DNA from: Azolla caroliniana
Taxonomy: Eukaryota > Plantae > Polypodiophyta
NCBI GenBank assembly: GCA_043228905.1
Contig: JBHGNT010000016.1
Coordinates: 1,488,001-1,552,000 of the forward strand
Direction of reading: 5' to 3'
DNA: 64,000 nt
The notes under the pieces were generated by a model. That model had not been told where the DNA came from and ran no database searches. It worked only from the letters and a program-made list of their open reading frames with translations. A program made the position numbers and the translations under genes. Every line of letters begins with the position of its first letter. Within the stretch, counting starts at the first letter, position 1. Shown one piece after another: positions 22,752-35,564 of the stretch.

Positions 22752-25700
22752 TGTCAAACACAGTGCTCGGCCACAACCGAGGAATAGGATCAACTCACAG
22801 AAAACAGGAAATACAAAATGCACGAAGACAATAGAGAGAAGAGTACACATGATGTTTTACGTGGAAAACCCTAAATGCGAAAAAACCACGGGAGTCCTCA
22901 AACTCCAACTATCACTATAAACAGAGATGTACAATGGTGAAGCTACAAGGCAACAACCTTGAGCTCACTGTCTTCACCACAGGCGGCGGTAATACACAGA
23001 GGCAACGACCTCTTCGTCTCTCTCTCTCTCACTCTCTCTCTCGGCTGCTCTCACTTCGCTCCCTCTAAGTGAAAACAGAAAAATGAGCAACAGCACATAA
23101 ACTGTTTGCCCTAAGTCATATTTATACACATATGACTTTCGGGCTATTTACAAATATAGCCTCAAGGGCCCTTGGCAAACATATTCACAGATATGTCCCC
23201 GCATCCGGATCTCTCTCCGGGTACATTTGTCATCCGGCTCCGTAGCCGGGGTCTTCATCATCCGGCTCCGTGGCCGGGGTACTCTTCATCCGGCTTCATG
23301 CCGGGTACTCTTCATCATCCGGTTCCGTAACCGCAACCGGGCTTGCCGTCATTCATCTCCGGACATCCCATCCGGAGGGACCGAAATCCCAACAAACTCC
23401 CCCTTCACTTCGGCATGGGATGTCTCTCCAATCCGATCCTCTTCCGGCATGCTTCCAGCTTGTCGGGTGTGAGCACCTTGGTCAGCATATCCGACCCGTT
23501 CTCGTCCGTGTGGATCTTCGTCAGCACGAACTCCTTGTCTTCTATCCTTTCCCGGATCCAGTGGTATCTACGCTGGATGTGTTTCGTCCGGGAATGGTAG
23601 GCCGCGTTCTTCGCAAGGTGGATGGCACTCTAACTATCGCAGTAGAGCCGGTACTCCTCCTGCCGGATACCGAGCTCTCTAAAGAAGTCCTTCATCCATA
23701 TTATTTCCTTGCCGGCTGTTGCCATGTACTCCGCCTCCGTGGTTGACAACGCAACCGTCTTCTGCAACCTCGACTGCCACGAAACGGCTCCCCCTGCATA
23801 TGTCATCACATACCCTGATGTGGACCGGCTGGTATCTGCATCAGCCGACATATCCGAATCGGTAAAGCCGTCGAGTTCGGGCTTACCGGAGCCGAATCGG
23901 AGGCACACGTTTGTCGTGCCCTTCAGGTATCGGAGTATCCATTTGACCGCCTTCCAGTGCTCCTTGCCGGGATTACTCATATAACGGCTCACCACTCCGA
24001 CTGCGTATCCAATGTCCGGTCGGGTACACACCATTGCGTACATCAAGCTCCCGACGGCAGAGGCATATGGTATCTTCATCATATCCTCCTTTTCAACTTT
24101 TGTCTTGGGACTTTGCTTGCCCGATAACTTGCAGTTTGCCGGGAGGGTCGACCCGACCGGTCTTGCTTCCGACATGTTGAACCGGTGAAGCACCTTTGTC
24201 ACGTACTTCTCCTGTGACAGCCACAACAGCTTCTTCTTCCGGTCCCGGATGATGTGCATCCCTAGTATTTGCCTCGCCGGACCCAGGTCCTTCATTGAGA
24301 AAGTTCGGTGAAGCGCTTTCTTCAGCATCCGTATCTTGAACTGGTCCCGTCCAACGATCAACATGTCGTCCACGTACAGGAGGAGTATTAGAAAGTCTCC
24401 TCCTTCGAACTTCTTCACAAACACGCAGTGATCGGACTGCGTTTTGTGGTACCCTTCGTCGGTCATGAAAGAGTCGAACTTCCGGTACCACTGCCGGGGA
24501 GCCTGCTTCAGTCCGTAAAGGCTCTTCTTCAACCGGCATACCAGGTGCTCCTTCCCTTTCTTCTCGAATCCTTCCGGTTGCTGCATGTAGATCTCTTCTT
24601 CGAGGTCACCGTGAAGGAATGTCGTCTTCACGTCCATCTATTCTACCTCGAGGTCCATGCTTGCCGCTATGCTCAGCACCGTCCGGATGGAGGTCATCTT
24701 CACTACCGGGGCAAATATCTCGTCGAAGTCGACGCCCTTCTTCTGCTGGAACCCCTTCACCACGATCCTGGCTTTGTATCTCGGGGGGTTTCCGGCATCT
24801 CCCGGTTTCAGCTTGAACACCCACTTGTTTCGAAGTGCCCGCTTTCCTTTCGGCAACTCCACAAGTTCATATGTGTGGTTCTCATGCAAGGAATCCATCT
24901 CCTCCTGCATGGCACTTAACCACCTGCGGCTATGTGTGTCAAGCTTTGCTTCTTCAAAACTCTCCGGCTCCCCCTCGTCGGTTAGCAACACGTGCTCAGG
25001 TTCCGGAAATCTCCGGGGGGCCCTTCTCTCTCTTAGAGGATATCTCCGCTCTGGAGCTTCGGTAATGGGCTCCTCCGTTTCCTCTTCATCCGAATCCATT
25101 TCGGGATCGGGGCCGGTTCCGGTATCAGTTTCATCTTCCTCGGCCGGTTCTGTTTCTTCACCGTCTTCGGCCGGATCCTCGAGTGCTAACCGGTCCCTTT
25201 CCGGTCGGGACTGCTCCTCGTAGGGTTGATTCTCACCAGTCGACTCGGAGTTCTTCAACTTCTTCTCCGACTCCCAGTCGGCGAGTGTCTTGTCCTCCAT
25301 GAAGATGATATCACGACTCCGGAATATCTTTTTGTCGACCGGGTCCCATACTCGGTAGCCGAACTCGTCATCGCCGTAACCGAGGAATATGCATGGCCGG
25401 GTCTTTGGATCTAGCTTTCCTCTCCGGTCCTTTGCCACATGCACATATGCGAGACACCCGAACACCTTCAGATGCCGGTAGGATACTTCCCTACCGGTCC
25501 ACACTCTCTGCGGCGTGTCTCCGTCCAAAGGTACTGAGGGTGATCTGTTTATCACGTATGTCGCCGTCGACATTGCCTCAGCCCAAAACCCCTTGGGTAA
25601 TTTCACATGCGCCGGCATACTCCGGACCCTCTCCATTATGGTCCGGTTCATCCTCTCGGCCAGCCTGTTCAGTTCCGGCGTCTTCGGCACAGTAAATTCG

Positions 25701-28146
25701 AGCCGGATTCCCTTCGAGCGACAGTACTCCTCGAACTGCCCCCGGTATTCCCCTCCGTTATCCGCTCGTATCGCTTTCAGCTTCTTGCCGGATTCCCTTT
25801 CCACTCTCGCGTGGAGTTCTTTGAAGACGGACAATACTTGGTCCTTTGTCTTCAACGGTGCCGTCCACAGCTTCCGGCTGTGGTCATCAATGAATGTCAC
25901 GAAGTACTGGGCTTCGCCATGTGACTTCGTTTCTACTTGACACACGTCAGTGTGCACCAACTCCATGGGTGCGCTACGTCTCGTCGGTGGTCTTGAGCGG
26001 AAGGAGGTCCGGTTTTGCTTACCGGCCAGACAGTCGGTACACTTCCCCAGTTGTACGTGCTTTACCGGTATCAGGTTGTCTTCGGCAAGCCTCTTCATCC
26101 CCTTCTCGCTCATGTGGCACAGTCTCTTGTGCCACAACTCACCGGCAGTGTCGGCTGCCACGGTCAACTCCTCCGGACATAACCAGGCATTCATACGGTA
26201 CAGTGTGTTGGCCTTCCGGGCCCGAGCCACTATCAGGCTCCCTTTGCTGAACTTCATGACACCGTTCCGGATGCTACCCGTGTAGCCTTCATCGTCTAGC
26301 CTCCCGGCCGAAATCAGGTTCAATCGAACCTCCGGAACGTGTCGAACATCCTTCAGCAGCATCTTGCATCCGGTTGATGTCATCAGCCACACGTCTCCTA
26401 TGCCGGCAATCCGGCATGTACCTTCATTTCCCATCCGGACACAGCCGTGCTCACCGGTTGTGTAGGATGAGAAGTATTTCTTCTCCGGGGTCAGGTGGAA
26501 CGACGCTCCGGAATCGACCACCCAGGTCATCTCTTCACCGGCAAGGTTCAGCTCCCTCTCTTCGGTAATGAGCATTATCTCTTCTTCACTTGCCGCGAGT
26601 GCCGTCGTTCCTTTCCGATCCTGCCCTCGCCGATCCGGACCTCTCCGGTCCGCGGCTCCCCGGTATGCACCGTTTCGCTCCGGTGACTTCTTCGAATCGG
26701 TACCGTCGGTTTCGTTGTCTTTCCGGAAATGCCGACAGTTCTTCTGGAAGTGCCCCGGCTTCCCACAGTAGAAGCATGTAGGTCTCCCCCTCGACTGCAA
26801 CTGTGTCCCCGACTTCTCCCGTCTTTGCGGACTCCGGTTCCGTTGTCTTCCCCGTTCCGATTCGGTAAGCAGCGCCTTCGAGTCGGAGGCCGGTTCTTTA
26901 TCTCTCCGACGCGCTTCTTCATTTAGAATACTTGTCTTTACCGTTAGTAAAGACAAGTTCTCTTCCTTACAGGAGGTGCTGAGTGTAACTACCAAGTTCT
27001 CCCAGCTCTCCGAAAGGGTACACATCAGCATGATGGCTTGCATTGCGTCATCCAACGGGAACTTGATCGCCGCAAGTTGGTTCACGAATCCCATGAACGT
27101 GCTGACGTGTTCGACCATGCTCTCGCCGTCCCGGTACTTAAGATTCACTATCTTCCTCATCAGGGAGGTCCGGGTCAGAGCATTCTTCCTCTCATACAGT
27201 CCGGACAGCTTCTGCCACATCTCATAGGCGTTCGTATCGTTCGCCACATGTTGCAGGACACTTACATCGACATATTGCCGGATCGTCGCTACGGCTTTCC
27301 GGTTCAGGAGCTTCCACTCCGACTCGATTACTCCCTTGGGTATCTCGGCATTGTCGATCGGTTCGTACAGGTCTCGGACGATGAGAAGGTCTTCCATCTT
27401 TATCTTCCAGTCGGCGTAGTTCTGTGAGTTCAACACCATCATGCCCGGAGGCACACTACCGCCGCCTTCCATTTTCTGTGTTACCGTCGCTCTGATACCA
27501 CTTTGTCAAACACAGTGCCCGGCCACAACCGAGGAATAGGATCAACTCACAGAAAACAGGAAATACAAAATGCACGAAGACAATAGAGAGAAGAGTACAC
27601 ATGATGTTTTACGTGGAAAACCCTAAATGCGAAAAAACCACGGGAGTCCTCAAACTCCAACTATCACTATAAACAGAGATGTACAATGGTGAAGGTACAA
27701 GGCAACAACCTTGAGCTCACTGTCTTCGCCACAGGCGGCGGTAATACACAGAGGCAACGACCTCTTCGTCTCTCTCTCTCTCACTCTCTCTCTCGGCTGC
27801 TCTCACTTCGCTCCCTCTAAGTGAAAACAGAAAAAGGAGCAACAGCACATAAACTGTTTGCCCTAAGTGATATTTATACACATATGAATTTCGGGCTATT
27901 TACAAATATAGCCTCAAGGGCCCTTGGCAAACATATTCACAGATATGTCCCCGCATCCGGATCTCTCTCCGGGTACATTTGTCATCCGGCTCCGTAGCCG
28001 GGGTCTTCATCATCCGGCTCCGTGGCCGGGGTACTCTTCATCCGGCTTCATGCCGGGTACTCTTCATCATCCGGTTCCATAACCGCAACCGGGCTTGCCG
28101 TCATTCATCTCCGGACATCCCATCCGGAGGGACCGAAATCCCAACA
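22752..28146 (-). mobile_element. Full-length Ty1/Copia copy 4 (643-bp LTRs 22752-23394 and 27504-28146)
   Basis: TSD GGAAG (22747-22751, 28147-28151); PBS TGGTATCAGAGC (27489-27500); about 7 LTR differences by eye. Confidence 0.97.
23405..27472 (-). pseudogene. Copia polyprotein with two CAG>TAG stops (24638-24640, 23630-23632) and a 6-bp deletion
   Basis: Collinear with 15072-19145; YMATAGKE versus YMAAVEAGKE. Confidence 0.93.
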
Positions 28147-29590
28147 GGAAGGTGGCAGCAAGTAACGGGACCCGACATTGAGAAAAGCTGGCAAGACAGA
28201 AGCTATCTACGTGCGAAAGCCTTACCGGCCGGTTACGGTTTCGGAAGGAGCCGGCAAGGGCAAATACCCGGAGGTGTGTCGGGCTGGGAAGGCACACCTG
28301 GAGCGGAACAAGAGTCGTGCATGTGGCCGTCGCGGGCTAGATCGAAGCGTGACTACGGGGCGGTGTTCAGCATGGGCAGTGCCGAACAAAGGAAGCGGAA
28401 GATGGCACAAGGGTGGTGCCGGAAATGAGGAGACGGGAACGCAGTAAACTGCGTAGGGTGAGAGTCCGGAGATGACACCCACAGGCAAAGGGGACGCTGT
28501 GGTGCTGGGAGTTTGCACGCACTGACTCTCGAAACTCCAGTTGTTCGGCCAACGAGGTAACATAAGACCGAGAGAGTGCCAGATGGTAGCGGCGGCAAAG
28601 ACGGTTGTCAAAGACGGCGGCAACGTACTAAGGCCAAGCGGGCTTACGACGGATAACGGAGAGTGCATTCGGGCAAGCAAAGGGCCAATGACAAAGCACG
28701 CGTACTACGGGGCCACGACGAACGACCTATTGACTGGTCGAATGAGCCTACGAAGAGGCAAGCAGCATGAGGATGAACCGATCCGAAGCGAATGGCGATT
28801 CGGAGGACGAAGGGTAAGCGCGGGCCGGTCTTCTCCGGTAGGAGTCTCATTTTGGCGCATACCGGTGGATGTGCAGTTAGGTGGGGGCGGATATCGTGGA
28901 GAAAACCGTCCCTAGGCAGAAACCGAGGATTTCGGGAGAATTGGTGGTGTGCACCATGTGCACCCCCCTTTGTAGAAACGTGTGAATAGTATGAGTCAAG
29001 TCGGCACAGAGAATCCCATGTAAGTTGGGATTTATCCCACTTTATAACGCATCCCTCTCCTTGTTCTATAAAAGGAAGGGAGCGCCCTTTCTGAAGTGTT
29101 GCCCATTTTGAGTCGTAAGGGTATACCATATTGTGCTTCTTTTTTTAAGGGTTAGTTACATTCTTTCCTTCTTCTTCTTCTTCTTCTTCTCCTTCTCGAG
29201 TACTTGGGCGGCAACTATGGCAGGAAAGCTGTAGGTTAACTCCTCTTCTTCTGAGCGTACCTGGCTCGCAGCTGGGGTTGTATCTCTCCCTGTTGTAGGT
29301 TTGCTTCTACTCAGCCTCCTGTGCAAGACCCTGCGCGGCGCGATGAGCCTGAGAGCTCCCCGACGGCGGCTTGGCGGCAGACTGCTGTTGCGACCTAACT
29401 TACCTAAGTCCGGCTCGGAGACAGAGTTGTAACTCACTCTTGTAATCATATATATATATACAGGGTTGTGCATACTTGTGTCTCTGTTGGTGCCGGGTGT
29501 TTTCCCTTCCCTGTGTTTCCTGTACATAAGAGGTGTGTGTTGTGTCGGTGTTGCGCACGTGTTCTCTCTCTCTCTTCCTGTCTCGCGTTT

Positions 29591-30710
29591 GGTAGCCACC
29601 GGTACGCGTGCAGAATCACTCCAGTTCGCGCCACAACCAGTGCAGCCGGGACCAGAGAGAAGTCGGCTTCCGACACCCCATCACTTCCTCGTCCGAGATC
29701 CCCATGGTTCCGCCCCTCTTCTACACGTACCCGCGGAATACCGCAACACCGTGGTACCGATCTTCTGCCATCTCATGGGGCAAGTCCGTCTCCTCGGCGT
29801 TGGCTTGCGGTCTCGATCTTTCCTCTTCCTCGAGCATTGCTTCGAGAGCCGCGTACGCCTCCGCAATCCTGGCCCCAAAGCCAAGCCTTGCCGACTCTCT
29901 TTGTCGTTTGGCCTCTTCCCGCTGTGATGGCACGCCGTCGCACGCCTTCCTCCTAGCCTTCTCGTCCCGCTCGTCATCTAGGCATTTGCATACCCTTCCG
30001 ACCTTCGACCAGTCCTCTGTAAGGCCATTCGCTCCGTCCTCATTTTTTAGCTCAATTCCGATGGCATCCCATTCCGCTCGGTCGATCGACTTAATAAACA
30101 ACAAGACTTTGTGCGCCCCCACCAAACCTTGTTCCCGCTCCGGGAGCCAAGCAAGTCGTCGCTCGAACTCTCAGGAATGCCTTCGTTGCACCCCGGTGGG
30201 AATTTGCCGATGCTACCCACTGGTCGAAGCCGCGTCGTCCCTGGCTCTTTCGTCGTCCCCCATTTGCCTGCAGGAGTGCCTTTTTGAAGGCCTCCCACGA
30301 ACTATGAGCTTCTCGGAGCTCCTTCACTTTCGCGTGCATACGGACGATGACGACCCGACAGAAGAACTCCAACCTCGACGCCTTCGCTACGTCTCGCTCC
30401 TCCATTTCCACGTTGTAGGCTTCCAAGTAAAATGGGACTTTGTCCCCATTGAAACGGCTGACTCTTTCGACCACTTGCTCAACTGCTTGTTGCGTCGTCT
30501 CTCGTCTTGTTGTTGGTCGTCCAAACTCCCTCACCACTTCGACAAAAAGTTGCGCGAAGTCGTCTTCCTCCAGCTCCATTCTCCCTTGTCGCCCTTCACG
30601 TTGGGTTCACCAAATATGTCGCGTTGTTACATGTGCGCGTGTAGAAGGGCGGGACCACAGGGGTCTCGAACGAGGGAGTAAAGGATGTCGAGAAGCCGAA
30701 ACACGAGAGA

Positions 30711-30767
<57 letters not shown>

Positions 30768-31371
30768 CATGTGCGCGCTACGCCGACTCTTATGAACGGG
30801 AAACAAAAAGGGGTGGAAACACCCGACACTACTAGAGACGCGGATGCGTACAACCAAACATATATATGTATATATATATATATATATATTACAATGGAAG
30901 AGATACAACCCCGACTTCGAGACGGACCAAGGTAGGTTACAACAGCAGTCTGTTGCCAAGCCGCCGTTCGGGGAGCTCTCGGGCTTGTCGCGCCGAGCGG
31001 GGTCTTGTGCAGGGGACCGAGCAGAAGCAAACCCTAAACAGACACGAAATCGCTACCCACGCAACGACGAAAAAGAAGAAGAAGGAGAAACTACCTAACC
31101 CTAAACCAAACGGTATACCCTCTAACACAAAATGGGCAACCCCCCTACAAGGGACCATCCCTTCCCTTTATAGAACAAGGAGAGGGATGCGTTACAATGT
31201 GGGATAAATCCTGATTTACATGAGATTCTTTATCCCGACTTGACTCCCACTCAGCGCCATAAAGGCACCCCTATTATTCACACATTTATACAAGGGTGAG
31301 TGCACATGATGCACTCCGACGATTCTCCCGATATTCTTTGATTCCACCTAGGGACGGTTTTCTCCACGACA
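29591..31371 (-). mobile_element. Gypsy 5' LTR (30617-31371), tRNA-Trp-type PBS and frameshifted gag (30579 to ~29591)
   Basis: LTR begins TGTCGTGGAGAAAACC on minus; PBS TGGTGAACCCAACGTGAA (~30595-30612); gag-like RFNGDKVPFYLEAY. Confidence 0.85.
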
Positions 31372-32612
31372 GCGGTCAAGGGTCTCTTCGGGGGATCAAC
31401 TCTAGAAGAGCTTACACAAATGGTGCGGAATCTCCAGATCGTGCAGGCCTGGAGAGACAGCGGCGAACAGCCTCGTGACCGGAGGTCGTTGGTAGGGCAA
31501 CGGTGCATGTGGTGTGACGCAGTCGGTCATATCCAGAAGGAGTGCGCGGATTTTGCAGAAGCACTCAGGAATAACGTGGTGTACCTCTGGAATGGGCGGG
31601 TACATGCGAGCGAGACTCGAAAAGCCCTGGAGTTGAATACCAGGCACGGTAAAATGAAGCGGTTGATGAAGGAAGCCGCGGCGCAACACGGAGAGGCCAT
31701 CCACTACTCTGTGTCGGCGGGTATCCGGGTCGGGGGCGATGAGGGTCGAAAGGCGACAGACTCCAGATTATGGCTGCTAGTGCTAGAAGGCCTCTTCGGG
31801 GTTCGGCTGAGGAAAGAGGAAGCGGACCACGCGAACCGCACTGAGCAGCGGATTCGGGAGGTCACCGGATGGGATGATCCGGTTGAAGAAAAGATCGGCT
31901 TCGTGGAAGCCGCATGCTCGAACTACGAGGTTCTGGTAGAAGACAAGCGCGCTGGAAAGGCTGGAGGGTTCAGTCCCTCACAACGGTATGAGACCCGGTT
32001 CGGACCGAAGCCGAACGATGCCGCCAACACCGGCACGCCTGATAAAAAGAAGTCGGCCGGTTTCCAGCTAAGCACCAAAATCGAGCGAACGATGGACCTA
32101 CGAAAGGTCCTTGAGGAACAGATCCTCGACAGCAAGGTGGAGTTGACGTTACAGGAGGTACTTGGGGTTGCCAAGAAGGAGTTCCACGACTCCATTGTAG
32201 ACTTGGTAAAGCGTAAGCGGCTCTCGACGGAGCCAGAGCCGGAGAAGCCTGTGGAGGGGCAGATGACACGCCTAGAAGACACGGCCCTAGAGGACGAGTT
32301 GGTGGACAACCACTATTCGAAGTTGCATTGGGCCAGAGCCATCACGGAGACCCTTGTTCGGATCGGGGACGTTCCCGATCCGGTGGTGGCAGTGATAGAC
32401 CATGGATCCGAAATCAACCTGATGTCCATAGATTTCTATAAGAAAGGGAAATGGTCGATCAACACCAAGCACGGGTGGAAGATACGTGCGGCGACGCGTG
32501 CTATGGAGGAGTTGCATGGTGCGTGCCCGAATGTACGCATAAAGATCGGCGACGTCAAGATAGATCAACACTTCTTTGTGCAGGAGACATCCTCGCACCT
32601 GCTGATACTCCT
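31372..32612 (+). pseudogene. Gypsy gag (zinc knuckle)-protease fragment
   Basis: CMWCDAVGHIQKEC; VIDHGSEINLM protease motif; abrupt end at ~32612. Confidence 0.88.
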
Positions 32613-32928
32613 TAATTCATCACAAGAGAGACTCAAACTCTATACCTCCCCATGTATACCTAACCACTAAGCTACTACAACTTTATTCTTATTAGAAATA
32701 TTTTCATTCATATATTACTTTATGAGATGTGCGTGAAGCTTCGCTTTTTCTCACACTACACACACCACACCACGACATTGTTCTTCTTTGGTACTGTAAA
32801 CCACCGGTTAGAGTAAGGGGCACTTGATGGTTTGAGGATGCACAACTCCACCTTCTGCTTAAGAAGCTCCATCAACATTGGCATGTGAGCTCTCAGTACT
32901 TAAATTGGTTTCAGACTCCATGGCACGT

Positions 32929-34879
32929 TGTCGCGTTATTACGCGCGTGCGTGGAGAAAGGCGGGACCACGGGGGTCTTGGACTAGGGAGTGACGGAGCG
33001 TAGGAAGTCGTGCTTCACCGTTTCCGGGGGATCCCAGAAGAACACCGGAAGCGACCGAAGGGAGAGAGAGAAAGAGAGGGAGTGCGCGCTTAACACCGAC
33101 TCACGCACACACGCGCACACACACACACATGCCGACCCGACTCACGCCCTTATGTACAGGAAACGCAGGAAAGGGGAAGCACCCGACACCAACAAAGACG
33201 CGAATATACACAGACAGACGCAACGTATATATATATATATAAAAGGAAGAATACATTCCCGGCTTCGAGCCGGACCAAGGTCGGTTACAGCAGTCGTCTG
33301 CTGTCAAGCCGCCGTCGGGGAGCTCTCGGCTTACGGCCTTGATCTTTCCTCTTCCTCAAGCATCGCCTCGAGAGTTGTGTACGGCTCTGCAATCCTGGCC
33401 CCAACGCCGACCCTTGCCGGCTCTCTTTGCCGTTCGGCCTCTTCCCGTTGTGGTGGCATGCCGTCGCGCGCCTTCCTCTTAGCCTTCTCGGCTCGCTCAT
33501 TGTCTAGCCGTAGGCACACCCTTCCGACCTTCGACCAGTCCTCCATAAGCCCATTCGCTCCGTCATCATCTTCGAGCTCAATCCCAATGGCCTCGCGTTC
33601 CGCTCGGTCGATCAACCTGACGAACAATAGGACCTTGTCCGTCCCCACCAACCTTGTTCCCGCTCCGGGAGCCGAGCAAGCCGTCGCTCGAACTCTCGGA
33701 ACGCCTTGGTCGCGCCCCGGTGGGTCTTTGCCGATGCTACCCACTGGTCGAAGTTGTGTCGTCCCCGGCTCTTCCGTCGTCCTCCGTATGCCTTCAGGAG
33801 CGCCTCTTCGAAGGCCTCCCACGAACTATGAGCCTCACGGAGCTCCTTTACTTCCGCATGCATCCGGACAGCTACGACCCGACAGAAGAACTCCAGCCTC
33901 AACGCCTCGTCTACGCCACGCTCCTCCATATCCGCATTGTAGGCTCCCAAGTAAGATGGGACTTTGTCCCCGTTGAAACGGCCGACTCTTTCGACCACTC
34001 ACTCAACCGCTTGTTGCGCTGCTTCTCGCCTCATCACCACTCGTGCCGCCTCCAACACCACTTCGGCCACCATCACCACGAGGTCGTCGTCTTCCGACTC
34101 CATCCTCCCTTGCTGCCTTTCACGTCGGGTTCACCAAAGATGTCGCATTATTACGCGCGTGCGTGGAGAAAGGCGGAACCACGGGGGTCTTGGACTAGGG
34201 AGTGACGGAGCGTAGGAAGTCGTGCTTCACCGTTTCCGGGGGATCCCAAAACAACACCGGAAGCGACCGAAGGGAGAGAGAGAAAGAGAGGGAGCGCGCG
34301 CTTAACACCGACTCACGCACACACACACACATGCCGACCCGACTCACGCCCTTATGTACAGGAAACGCAGGAAAGGGGAAGCACCCGACACCAACAGAGA
34401 TGCGAATATACACAGACAGACGCAACGTATATATATATATAAAAGGAAGAATACATTCCTGGCTTCGAGCCGGACCAAGGTAGGTTACAGCAGTCGTCTG
34501 TTGTCAAGCCACCGTCGGGGAGTTCTCGGCTCGTCGCGCCGAGCGGGGTCTTGCACAGGAGGCCGAGCCAAAGCAAACCCTAAGCAGAAGACGAAGGGGG
34601 GAGAAGAAGAAGAAGAAGAAGTAACTAACCCTAAATCTAACGGTATACCCTCTGACGCAAAATGGGCAACCCTTTCACAAAGGGCGCTCCCTTCCTTTTA
34701 TAGAACAAGGAGAGGGATGCGTTACAATGTGGGATAAATCCCGACTTAACTACTCTTCGGCGCCATAAAGGCGCCCTCGTTATTCACACTAAATGTACAA
34801 GGGTGAGCACACATGCTGCACCCCGCCGATGTAGCCAATGTTTCCCGGTTTCCACCTCTGGACGAAATTCTTCACGACA
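32929..34879 (-). mobile_element. Internally deleted Gypsy element: 5' LTR 34141-34879, PBS, gag fragment, partial 3' LTR 32929-~33330
   Basis: Direct LTR repeats at 32929 and 34141; 4-bp TSD ACGT/ACAT restores the host frame P-H-V-P-W. Confidence 0.88.
34119..34136 (-). promoter_or_regulatory. Primer binding site complementary to the 3' end of plant tRNA-Trp
   Basis: Plus strand TTCACGTCGGGTTCACCA matches the plant tRNA-Trp 3' end plus CCA as I recall it; 4 nt from the LTR. Confidence 0.8.
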
Positions 34880-35521
34880 ACATGCGGCACGGTAAAGATC
34901 ACCATTGGTTCGACAATGGTCAGGTCGACGCACCCAATCTCTCCCTGCGACAATGCGAAGGCTTTCCCGTGCCTCTCGAGCATCCTTCTAAACCGGTCCT
35001 CTTCCGCCGGCAGTAGGAAGCCACCCCACCGATCTTCAGCTCTCGTAGCGTTTCGTCGGTGAAACAGTGTCCTATGTCGGCCGGATCTCGCAAGCTCGGG
35101 TCAGTAGCGACCCCCTTTATTCGTTCCTAGCTGCCCTCCGGTAAGGGAGCCGCGACGGGCTTCACCTTCCAGTCCACAGTCTTGTACTTGATGTCTACTC
35201 GGGCGATCCGATGCACCCTGGTTTTTCTTTCGAAGTCCGCAATGACTTCATACATGTCGATCGAGTTGACCGGTATGACTCGGTCTTCTCTTAGGCCTCC
35301 TTCGACTACCTTCCCGATTTCTCCAAGGGTGTCATCGAACGAGACCACCTCCACGGCTTCCCCAATTCCTTCATCGTGACTCAAGGCTCCGCACGCCTTT
35401 AAGAGTATCTCAGTCCGTTTTCTTTCTCGGCCACTAATGCTGGCTATGGTACATCCCCCGTTGTCGGAGAACAAAACTTTCCTTCCTATTTTACAGGTGT
35501 GGGGAATTTTCCGGCTATCCT

Positions 35522-35564
35522 GACTATCGCGACCCCATGCCTTGATAGTCCTTTCTAAAAATCT
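35522..35564 (-). promoter_or_regulatory. Candidate -1 programmed ribosomal frameshift signal
   Basis: A_GAT_TTT then TAG, 7-nt spacer, 7-bp stem GACTATC/GATAGTC; -1 frame is open into ORF 35127-35474. Confidence 0.7.

Larger units (their letters stand above)
21673..29590 (+). mobile_element. 3' part of a putative non-autonomous Gypsy (type B): repeat-rich internal region, PPT, 3' LTR 28892-~29590 (truncated); interrupted by Copia copy 4
   Basis: No RT/IN motifs; last ~130 bp before PPT (GGTGGGGGCGGA) resemble 20870-21027; LTR matches 12548. Confidence 0.8.

Noticed and set aside
32612-32781. Possible further LTR terminus (CACGACA at 32777, flank TTGT)
   Set aside because: Short with no partner; the flank needs extra transitions to fit NCGN, so it was left out of the target-site tally.
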